From the NCBI GenBank assembly GCA_051362555.1, contig CM120645.1:9734001-9798000 (forward strand): a stretch of 64,000 nucleotides of DNA, written 5' to 3'. Position 1 is the first letter of the stretch; every line of letters starts with the position of its first letter. A model generated the notes under the pieces. The model was given only the letters and a program-made list of their open reading frames with translations. It was not told the origin of the DNA and did no database searches. This document shows, piece after piece, positions 25,844 to 36,949 of the stretch. The DNA is from Lingula anatina. Lineage: Eukaryota > Animalia > Brachiopoda. The translations under genes were made by a program, and so were the position numbers.

Positions 25844-27653
25844 CCAAATATAATTCTTTCTGACAATAACAAGACATTTGATGGTTAGGTGACTGATGCT
25901 CTGGTGGCAAAATAAAGATGTTACAGACAGACAAATTGGTAAAAACACTGCTTCAATGTATAACATTGCATGACATTTCAGATTTGCCAACTTCACGCGT
26001 GCATAAATGTGTCCTAAAAATTCCTGATACACAAAAGAACACCCATTACAAGGATGTAAAGAATTTTTTCGTCTTTGTTTTTGTTATGTTTTGGTGTACT
26101 TATTTACGTAATTATCTATTATTGCGCTTTAACTGTCAACAGCGCATGTTGCAGGGTACGTCCCTATAACCAGAATAAAATGCTCTTACTGCGGCCAGCT
26201 TTAATAGATTTTTTTTTATCAGGCATCGAAACAAACCACACATGGTTAAACAGCCCATGGCCCTCAGTGACACTGCAAATAAAACTCTTTCAAATCTTGC
26301 ATGAATACTAGGGCTCAGAGGGTCAGAACTAAACGCAAAATGAAATAGATCTTGGAATTTTTTTTGCAGGATCTATTTTACGTGCTTTGTAAATTCATGA
26401 AAGATGATAAACCAATCTGGCCAACTTGAAGATTAAAACCCATTAAGAGAGGATCTTAGAAATACGGTAAAAAATACTAACATTGAGAGTATTTTTATGT
26501 GTCAGTGCACAAGACAAATACAGTAGCAGCATTTACGGCAAATGGACGGAAACACGTCCACTTTCTTTGTCAAATAATGAGGTTTTCACGGTGCAGAGTT
26601 TACACAAATATTACCAGCAAAATGTACATCAAATAACTTAACCTACAAACAAAGGGAGCTTTGTTCTTACTTTACATTAACTTTCAGTATGAGAAGAATG
26701 CCGAGAAGTTCAATAGGACAATATGCGGTCGAGAACAGGCGCACTTCTATTCAGCATCTATTTAATTTGACGTATGATCAGGTATTGAACCATGTATTGG
26801 CATTGCTTAATGCTTCTATATTTACACGTCAGGTGCTGGTATTGTACAATATCCATCACATTCTAGGACAGCAGTAAAAGTGAAGTTTAGTTAAAATGTG
26901 TCAACTTCCTGATAGGAATATATGGAGTTATGGTTATGTTGTGCCTGCATGTGTCAATTTAAAGAATCAATTCAATCACCTTAAGATGAAGCTTTTTTTT
27001 AATTTTCATTTATGTACGAGACATATTTGATATGTTGTACGGAAATGTTTTAAAAGTACAACCTCAGTCAGGAAGCTTTGGAACTCTCCCATGTTTAATC
27101 TAAAGGCCTGTGTGAGATGTATGAGCCCAGAGGCATTGGCTTTATAAACTGTATACTTACTTTTCCCAAAGTTTGTTAACTGGTGCTTTACTAGTGTTGA
27201 TCTTGGTTAAAAGTTTCCTGTGCCAGTGCAGCCACCAGAGGTCTACATGCATATAGATGGTGATCAATTATCAATATTTCTGAAAAACTAATCAATATTT
27301 TAAAAAGTTTTTAAGTCACAAGTATATGCTTAGACTAAACAACATTTCTGCCAAATATGAACTTTAAATGTATTATAGTTTTTGAAAAATACATCTTTAA
27401 AAGAGTCAAAATTCTGCCCATCAGGGAAAATGAATACCATAGAATGCTTCATGCACAATGACAGTTTTCACTCTGCCTGAATATCGTGTGAATTACAGTA
27501 GCAATTGAGATTGATTTTTCTTTTTGTTAATACAAAGTGCAAATAATTTTTCTTTGAATTTTCATTTTCTTGAGATAATTGATGATTGACCTTGCATGCA
27601 CTGCATGTCCTGTGGCAAAATTTAAAAGATTGCAAAATTGAGGGTAGTTAATA

Positions 27654-27823
27654 CAGGCCCATAGCCAGCAGTTTTAGGGGGGGGGGTTCGTTTTCTGAAA
27701 AAGTGGACCCTTTACCATAAAATCCTCAAGTACATTGATCGTATTGTGCCCAGAGTAGAACTTTTCCCAGCAAAAAGGGTGGTTCTTTCGAACCCCCCCG
27801 AACCCCCACTGGCTACGGGCCTG
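27654..27823. mobile_element. Short MITE with CAGGCCCRTAGCCAG termini (hAT-like 5'-CAG ends)
   Basis: caggcccatagccag...ctggctacgggcctg (14/15 inverted match) with internal gggggttcg/cgaacccc repeats. No clear TSD. Confidence 0.7.
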
Positions 27824-28211
27824 TTAAAAGAAAAACTGCTACACTTTTTCCTTCTTTCCTCCAAGCTATGATTTTGAAACATCTGATATTCATCTTAAAT
27901 CCATCATAATCCTCTGATTGATATCACCTCTAATGGATTCTAAATATTGATTGGCACATTTATTCAATGAAAATCCTGTGTCAAAAGTTATTACGGGGAA
28001 CATTATACATAATTATCATATATCAAATCACAGAACATCAACTTAGCTTGTCGCATTCAGTGAGCAATATTATAACACAACATAACTGTGATAATAGTGC
28101 TGTCAGTAAGATAATCTTCTACAATAATAGTCAAAATTCTTTGATATTTATGGTTACAACTTTAAAACCGATGATTTGCAGGCATAAAGTAAACATCACA
28201 CCTTGCAATTT

Positions 28212-28247
28212 TTATTACCTCCGCCATGGAGGTTATGTTTTCACCCC

Positions 28248-28279
<32 letters not shown>

Positions 28280-28474
28280 GGTTTGTTTGTCATCAACATA
28301 ACTCAAAAAGTTATGGACCTATTTTGATGAAATTTTCAGGGTAGGTCAGAAATGGGTTAACTTAGAAGTGATTAGTTTTTGGTGGTGATCCATATCAATA
28401 ATCAATCAATAATCAATAATAATTAAAAATTGCTGCCTTGGCGGAGGTCTGCGCTCTCGGAGTGCTTTTCTAAT
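28212..28474 (+). mobile_element. Non-autonomous Helentron-associated element (HINE/DINE-1-like), short
   Basis: 5' subTIR acctccgccatgg (28217-28229) followed by partial IR ggaggt and a (GTCT)n microsatellite. 3' subTIR ccttggcggaggt (28436-28448), hairpin gcgctc-tcg-gagtgc (28451-28465), CTAA-TT end. This is the canonical HINE layout. Confidence 0.85.
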
Positions 28475-30818
28475 TAATCTATGAAGTTGGACTGTCTTTA
28501 CTTAATGCAATAAGATGCATTTCTGGTGGTTATTTTACTTTTGAATCCTGTAAGAACGTCCACCAGTAAGAACCAATATCCAACAATTCAAGACACATTT
28601 TTCCCTTTATTACTAGCAAAATGAAATGAATAACCTTGTTGCAAATATGATTGTATTTGTTGTACTGTACATTCTCCATAAACACCATGATTTCTCTCAT
28701 TATATATTGAGCTATCCCCTTTAAGTTTATCACTGGACTTCACTGGGACCATGTTGTATCAGGTCACTTCAATCTCACCAACTTTACAGGAGTTTCAGTG
28801 CCCTTTGTATTTTGACTGTCGCTTGCCTTTGTATTCATTTAGACAATAACATGGTGAATAATAGATGGTAATGTTTTGATAACTATACATCTAACAGGTA
28901 AAATTAAGAAAGATATCTGAACTGGGTCCACTGTTACTGATGAGCATTTATTCTGCAACAAGTTCTCAATAATGTACTTTTGAAAATGATCTTGTGAATT
29001 TATATGATGAATGCCTATTTCTAACAATGTTATTACAAGAAATATGCCATCTGATTCAATCAACTATACAATGCCTGTAAGACTAATGTAGAAAATAATA
29101 CTGGAGATGTCAGCAATTTCCCTGGCAAGGTATAGCCTATCCAAAATGGTTGAGAAAATGGCAATCCATTAAATTCATTTGCGAGCTCTTCATTTCTGAT
29201 AATTCCAGTCACACGTGGTACTCACCAGCCTTGACCCCACTCTAATACTGGTTCAAAATGAATGGGAAATATAAAAAAAAGTAGAAAAAACACAGTCACA
29301 TTTATAAATCTATATTTTGCCAATTTGGGCTATAATTTATGGTTTTTGGTAATTAAGGGTATAATGTTTAAAATTCCAGGTATGTTACAATTTTGCTATG
29401 ATATCAAGGTTTAATGCTAACTGTGATACTTTGCTGTGATAAGTAATGTAGCAATGAGCCATGAAAAGAACAATCCAGTGCCAGACCCCCCCCCCCCCCC
29501 GACCCCCACCCAGGTGAGTGGACACAAACTCAGCACATTTCCCTTGGGAAGAAGACAGCTTCTGTCATGTCAAATAAGGTTGATTTCATAGTGTTAAATA
29601 GTGTCAATTCCAAGAACGACGTTACTTTTATGGCTTCAAGCTTTCTTTTTGATTTCAGTATCATTTAAAGATTCATAAAATATAGAGATATCTCTTCAAT
29701 CTTCCGACCAGGTTATTTATGACAGGCAATGTCACAACACAGTACTGACATAATTCCTTTACCATGTGAATCAGCTGCCATATCCCTTGGGTCTGGGCCA
29801 GATTCTTCACCTCGGTTCATAATGCCATATTTATGATATACGTATAACCAAAACGTGTATTATCAACCAGACAGCAATTCCCAGCACCGAGCTCAGTAAT
29901 TTTCTTAATTTTTCTTCAACTATTATGAGTAATTATTAAGATAAAATGAATATTAAAATGACAAACTGCAAGCACTCCTGCATTACATTTTAACCATGGG
30001 AGTTTTTACTTGGCAAGATATGTAATTTTCAGGGTTGACTATGATAAAAAAAAAAACACTGTATAATTAGAACCCAGGAAGTACCTCAGGTAAGAAAAAA
30101 TCTTTCAATGACAAGTCTTTACGATTTGTAGTTTTTTCATCCATTCTAAATATTCAGGCATTCCGTGATATTAAAATCATCAAATAAAAATATTTAAAGG
30201 GTTTTTTTTATACATAAAAAATAATAAAAATTGAGTAAGCAGAAAACACACACTTGGCAGTTTTTTCTTTGCTTTTATTCGAATAACAATTTAAACATTC
30301 GAAAGCAACATTTTCTCTTAAGATTTGAATTTTATATATACAAAGGAACAAATACAAAGTCATTTTCCAGAACAATTAGGAATTTCTTTAAACTTCTGAC
30401 CCAAACTGTATCACTCTATTTTTTTTTTTTTTTTGATCAAACCAATATATATTGGTCTTAAGCAGCTCAACTAAACACAAAAGATTTAAGACAAAAAAAA
30501 AAAAAAAAAAAAAAAAGGTAATTACTGTAAATGGCCATACTTTGGCACCATCACAAATCTCTACTTAATGAACCAATGACTAAAGTGAAATAGTTCCATG
30601 TAAGAGGTCCTACAAGTCCTGATTACAAATACACTGAGAGAATCAAATTCATGAACACAGCATAATCAAATTACTTCCTCTATCTGACAGCTTCTAAAAC
30701 TGATAAGAAGCTAGAAGTGATTCCTCTTCCACAAATGCTCACATTTTGCTTTACAGAAAAAAAAAAAAAAAAAACTTTCCCAACATGCAATGGACACTGG
30801 ACAAAACTATTCTAATAA

Positions 30819-30849
<31 letters not shown>

Positions 30850-31584
30850 CATACTATTTGATGTACATAAGAACTGCTAAAGCTTCCCAAGGTTGACAAC
30901 TGCAGCATTCAACCACCTTTAAAATTGTTAGCCATGCTCTGCACAGCATTGCTCTACAAAGTTAACTATAAGTACCCCTCTTTGCCATGTGACCTGTGAA
31001 AAAAAAAAATCCTACTCTCAGGAAAAATGCTGCAGTGTCTAATTGCAGCTGAAAGGTTTGTTCAAAAATAGAGTAAATCTGACTAAACACCAGGACTCAT
31101 AAGACACACTAATGAAGGAATTATATACCAGGTATTTAAATGCAGAGGGGCCACTGCCCCTGTGTAATCTGGGCACAAAGAAAGAAAGAAATTGGTCTGA
31201 TAACCTGCCAACAAGCTACTGTGGGATCAGAACAAGCCTTCACTGGATACAAAATACGATCAAGCCGAACAAAATCTAAATGCAAAGATCTCTTCAGGGA
31301 AAGTGAAAAACAAATCAAGAAAAGTAGACAATTCTCTAAGTACCTCTTGAAGAAGAAAAGACATCAAGATGAAAAAGAAAGCACTTACGCAATTATCAAA
31401 CCCTAATGCCCTGCTGCCATACAATGAATATATCAACTTCAGTGTGTTGTATAATAAGATAAATATGTATATCATGGAAGATTTCATCACTTAGAGCAAA
31501 TAAGACTTCACTACATGCAGTGAGAAATATTAGCAAGAATGCACATCTCTTCATATAGAAAACCTGCCGGAATATGTAAAATTA

Positions 31585-32146
31585 GGGACCTTTCACGAAA
31601 GAACGTCAGTCCAAATCAGTCTTTCCTCTAAGATGGAGAAACTGGTGCATTTCTAGCCAGGCTATATTTATAGAGGTCTGCTAAATAGTACGTATATGTC
31701 TAAGACTGCAGGGTTCATACAGGAATACTAAGAACAAATTCAGACGAGTGCTTTTCAAGGACTTTTGGAAGGCAAAGGAAGGCAATTTACTGTCCTATGT
31801 ATATACCAAGGAAAAAAGTAATATTTTATAAATTTTTTTCATTATAGCACATTAATAATGAAACATGAAAAGAATAAAATGAAATGTTGTCCAAAATGAG
31901 AACTAGTATTCTCCCCTTTTGCTAAATACTGTCTACATTCAGATAAAAATGACAAAGACTTGGAACAAGTTTTGACAAATTGCTTAGTGATTGAATTAAA
32001 GTACTTTTCAAGGACATAAATGATGGAATACAAGTCCTTCTCAAGGCCACAAACTGAATTAAAGGACCGGGGCTTAATTCAAACTTTTTTCAAGGCTGTA
32101 TGAACCCTGGACATTAGACATGTATTACTTTCCGTGAAACAGTCCT
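31585..32146. mobile_element. Degenerate outer MITE (GGGAC..TTTCACG..AAAG termini) containing a nested element
   Basis: gggacctttcacgaaag at 31585 is an imperfect inverted match to ctttccgtgaaacagtcct ending at 32146; preceded by TTA. Confidence 0.4.
31709..32109. mobile_element. MITE with perfect 14-bp TIR CAGGGTTCATACAG (hAT-like ends)
   Basis: 31709-31722 and 32096-32109 are exact reverse complements; internal ttttcaaggac-type repeats. Confidence 0.75.
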
Positions 32147-33348
32147 TCTATGCCGATTTAGCTGCACCTTTAATGACTTTCCTCAGCCAACATAGGTTAA
32201 AATAAATAGTCTTGGAGTAAAGACCAACCTTGTAATCAAGTCCTTCTCTGAAACTCTCCAACAATAAGGTGACAGTCATTTGAAGGTGTTTTCATACCAA
32301 GCAAATCAATACATTTGCCAGGATCATTATCTCTCATCAGGTTCCACATTTCCACTTGTGTTCAACTCATAACTGTTTTTTCTTCTGTTAACATTCATGC
32401 TGTAATCACATTGTATCCGAACAAACAATAAACCAAAGTATGATCAATCATCAGCAAACATTGCCTGATTATGGTTTCTATGCATTCTTTTTTTATGGAA
32501 AATAAATGATACAATTACATTTAATGAACAGAGGAACACACTATAAATTACTATTATGCTTTATATTCTTAATACTGGCAGTAGCAGGAAATTACAAACT
32601 ACTAATATTTAACTCTAAATGAATGGCGCTCATCCTACATTTTTCTTCGCAATAACTTTCAAGCAGTCTTTTACTAAAGAGGTGTAGCTTTTCAAATTTA
32701 TGAATTTTAGATATTGTCTTCAATTCTGTCAATAAATCCAGTGACTAGTACATGCTTCAAGTCCAGAAAGAAGTCTTGTTCTTTAAACTCACTTTTTCAG
32801 GTTTTCAATACTTTCTTGATGATGTCGATTCTAAATATACAAATTCTTGCAGGGCAGAAAAGTGTATATAATAAGCCAGAGACATATCTGTGAATATATC
32901 TAGTGAAAAATCATCTAGTGAAAAATCAATCTGTGGCCCTTGTGGAGCGTAGGCGTTAAGCGTAACTAATGAAAGTTTCTTCATTCTGAGGTACACTTTT
33001 AACAGTGAAATTATTATGTTAGCATTCAGTTGGAAGCAAATCATCCGATAAATCAATCTTTATCCAGTAAAACAATTAATCTGCATAAATTTCATAAATG
33101 CAAAATAACTATATCAAATAAAAAGAATACTTAATATATGTTTAATTATGCCAAATATGAAACAAGCATCCAGTGATCTCACTTAAACTTTCTTTGTTCG
33201 ACAAGCAGCTAAAATTATACAAAGTTTTGTTGAACTGGCATAAAAGTCAGAAATAACCATCAATGAGTCCCCTTTATTCGCAATGATTGCCTAAAGAGAA
33301 ATCTGAAACTCTTTGCTTCAAAATTTTTACTAATTATGCCAAAATGGC

Positions 33349-34806
33349 AACAAGGCAGCAAAGCTGTCAAATGTACAGACAAAAAACAGAAAATAAAGAT
33401 GCAAAACATTAATGGCCCCATCATGCTGATTTTCGAACTTGACCTGCATTTTATGAATATTCATCAGCTCTGTAAATATACAGCCAAAAAGTAAAACTGC
33501 CTTCCACTTATCGTGTTTACAATGAAAGTGCATGGCGCCGGCGACAGCGACAGTGACGGCAACGACAGACGCAGGTGATGGCAATATGTACAGACACATC
33601 TGTACATATTAACTGTACTGTTTGAGAACAGTAAGTGACATGGTTTTTCTTAAATGGTCATCATGGGAGCAAAGCCCAAAATAGGTTTTTTTCAAATTTT
33701 GATGTAATATTACATAATGTTTAACAGCATAATGATCATCAATTTTTAATAATAAAATATTAGTATCATGGACAAATAGTAAACGTGACTAACAAAGGTT
33801 TTTAGGCCGATGGAACTTCAAAGTCACGCCTGTAAAATGCCAAAATGTAAACAAGACTGCACTGTTCTGAAATGGGTTTATTTCCATTTTTAACACTTTT
33901 TTAACATAAAACAAAATTAATAGGTTACTGCCATCTTTATAAGATCAACTAAGAAAATTGATGAGATGTGAAAAATATCAATAGAACAGTGTTAAATGTC
34001 CAATTTCTTCCATTCTGAGATTCTGAACATAGTGAATGATTGAATCTGACAAACTGCAATGATAAGAGTTTATTTCCACTTTTGACACTTTATTACACAA
34101 TACACGATAACAAGTTTACCATCAATTTTACATAATCAACTAACAATGTTGTAAAGATGCAGGAAATGTCAAACAAACACTTTTACGTATCTTATTACTT
34201 AAATAATAAGGCTATTAACATGCCTTAGAATTAAATCTGAGGAAATCTGAGGAAATGTGAAAAAACAGCATAACTTCTAAAATAATGCCCCGATTATGCT
34301 GATTTTCGAACTCAACCTGCGTTTTAGTAAGACTGACCATTCCTGTGAGTTTAATGACAATTGGGCTTTCTGTTTTTCTTATATTGTGTTTACAGTGTTG
34401 CATATATGCTGAACAATGAAAAAAACCGCATAACTACTAAAATAGAGACCCGATCATGCTGATTTTCGAACTTGACCTGCGTTTTAGTAAGATTGATTAC
34501 TCCTGTGAGTTTCATGACAACAGGCCTAACGGTTTTCCTTAAAATGTGTTTACAAGGTTGCATATATGCTGAAAAGTGAAAAAACAGCATAACTTCTACA
34601 ATAATGGCCCCATCATGCTGATTTTCGTACTTGACCTGCGTTTTATGAAAATTCATCAGCTCTGTAAATATAAAGCCAAAAAGTAAAACTGCCTTCCACT
34701 TATCGTGTTTACAAGGAAAGTGCACGGCGACGGCATCGGCATCGCCATCGGCGACGACAGACGCAGGTGATGGCAATATGTACAGACACATCTGTGTCTG
34801 TACATA
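33349..34806 (-). mobile_element. Compound HINE/Helentron-type element(s) with ~160-bp internal tandem units
   Basis: Terminal palindrome tatgtacagacac-atct-gtgtctgtacata (34777-34806) and a deleted duplicate at 33585-33608. SubTIR atgtacagac at 33371 with hairpin and CTTGTT end (33349-33367, minus strand). GCGAC-type microsatellite. Repeated gctgattttcg cores at 33425, 34298, 34458 and 34617. Confidence 0.7.
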
Positions 34807-35547
34807 AAAAATTATAATTATTAAAGGATTGATTGCATTTACCTATCAGATATACATGAACACATGTTTTGATTTACCTTGTTAACTACCTAACCAGAGA
34901 GTCCGACATACAAATGTATGTCTGTACAAGGTGTTTAAGACATGTCTGTCTCTAGATAGGAACAATGGAGCCTCATCTCAACTGTTGTCTTTTTTCATCT
35001 TCACATCTGGTTCAATTTCTTCAACCTGCAAAATTGTAACAGAGAATATAAGTAACATAAGTAATACCAATTTGTCATAAAGAATATTCTTACTATGAAA
35101 ACATGTGCAGAAGCACGAAAAAGCACCAAAAGTTTCAGAAGAGACAGCCATAGTGCACAGAATCACTGCCAAGGAATTTATATCAAACTTATCTTTATAA
35201 TCCAAATATTGATTTTAAAATAAATAAATAAACAAACAAAAAATGCCAACTATAGGAGGAGTCTGAGGCATTTGCTGATATTCACTGACAATAGTGAACA
35301 TTATACCACACAAAATGGAAGACCCAAATTTCAAAATACTCAAGGAATCCAATTCCAAGTTAATTCCAGGGTCAAAATTGAAGGCAATTGCAATGTGACA
35401 CTGTGAATCCAGACTGAGCTATCCCAAGAAATTTTGAATCATGGGGTGTTTTAATAGGATGCAGCTGATGAGGCAAATTGCACAAAATACTGGAGTAAAA
35501 ATGAGAAATTTTTGGAAGCTTTACTTTAATGGCATCAGAAGACATAA

Positions 35548-36529
35548 GGCCACACTTTTTTATTTTTATGGATGACATCCTCTGAGTACCCCAAAATCGG
35601 TGCGAGAGGGCGAAAAAAAAAAAACAGTCCAAAAAAAAAAAAAACTGCTTAAGTAAAGGAATGCTGTCAGTACACAGCTGGAAACACAAATTTAACCACA
35701 GAAACACGTATCAAACTAACAATATGTCTTTATCCATGCTCTCAAAATATTAAAGCATTGTGAATACTTCGTAGAAATGTAAAAAAAGTCATGAATTGAT
35801 ATACTTCATATTACCAAATCTATTTAAGGTTATTTCATGCATTCATTTGGTATAGCAATCGATAAAACAAATATCAATCAAACAGTGTGTCTTTATTTGT
35901 ATTCTCAGAATATTAAAACATTTTGAACACTTCACAGAAATGTTTAAAAAATGATGCAAAGATATGCTTAATACTACCAAATCTATTAAAGGTCATTTCA
36001 GACGATGCCATTTTGTCAACTTCAACTCACACGAAGCAGCTTATGTGTCAGGTGGCCTGTCCGACCTTCAGCCCATCAAATACCTCGACGCCCTTGTCGA
36101 CCCTTTTTTCGCTACAGAAAACCTGGTATTAATGTGCTGCTTTATACAGAATGTCACAGAAATGTTTGAGCCGCCGCCAGCCTTTCGCACAATTGTAAAA
36201 AGGTGATATCTCCATGCCCAATATCAATGGCATACCAATCCAAAACGATGGCGCCCGTTCTCTTTATGACTTTTATTGTTGTGTAATTTGAAAGTAATCC
36301 TAGAGATGAATTTGACAGCAAAGTGGCCGCATTTCCACGTGGCGAAAATACGCATGCGCAGAAAGCTCATTTCCTTGCAAATTCAATAACAACGTTTGCG
36401 ACAGCCGGCTTCGTTGGGGGCTGGGGGGGGGGGGGGGGGGGGGCTTTTTTTTTTTTTTTTTTTTTTGGAGAATGGGCGAAAATCCGTGCGCGCGCAGGAT
36501 GTCATCCATAAAATTAAAAAAGTGTGGCC
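35548..36529. mobile_element. Non-autonomous TIR DNA transposon, TAA TSD (Zator- or PIF/Harbinger-like), 982 bp
   Basis: 34-bp TIRs ggccacacttttttatttttatggatgacatcct matching 33/34; TAA at 35545-35547 and 36530-36532; no transposase ORF. Confidence 0.85.
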
Positions 36530-36537
36530 TAAGCAAT

Positions 36538-36542
<5 letters not shown>

Positions 36543-36580
<38 letters not shown>
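36543..36580. repeat. (GA)19 microsatellite
   Basis: Direct observation. Confidence 0.95.
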
Positions 36581-36582
<2 letters not shown>

Positions 36583-36949
36583 AATAAAAAACATCATTGC
36601 CACATTTGGGAGACAAAAGACAAATGTGAGTGTGTGTCACTGTGTGTGTAACCAGTCACACTATAACAGTAATCTATATATACCCGTTACACAGAAAGCC
36701 TGCAGTGATAAACAAACCATCTCTCAGCTCACAATGCTAATGCACAATGCAACAATCAATACCAGCCCAATTTCTTATCCATTCATGCATGAAGCTGCCA
36801 ATAAGGAAATTAGTCCATGCAAGTGTTGATAAAAAAAAAACCATGACATTTTAAAACAAATCGGGCCTCTCTTCAACATGTTGTTAATTTTAACCAACAG
36901 TTGATCATATTTTATGCTTAAATAAATGTACAGTATTTCATCAATATTC

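Noticed and set aside
33330-34791. Similar minus-strand ORFs (MCLYILPSPASVV...) suggesting a gene family
   Set aside because: They are translations of duplicated non-coding HINE sequence; no domain or splice support.
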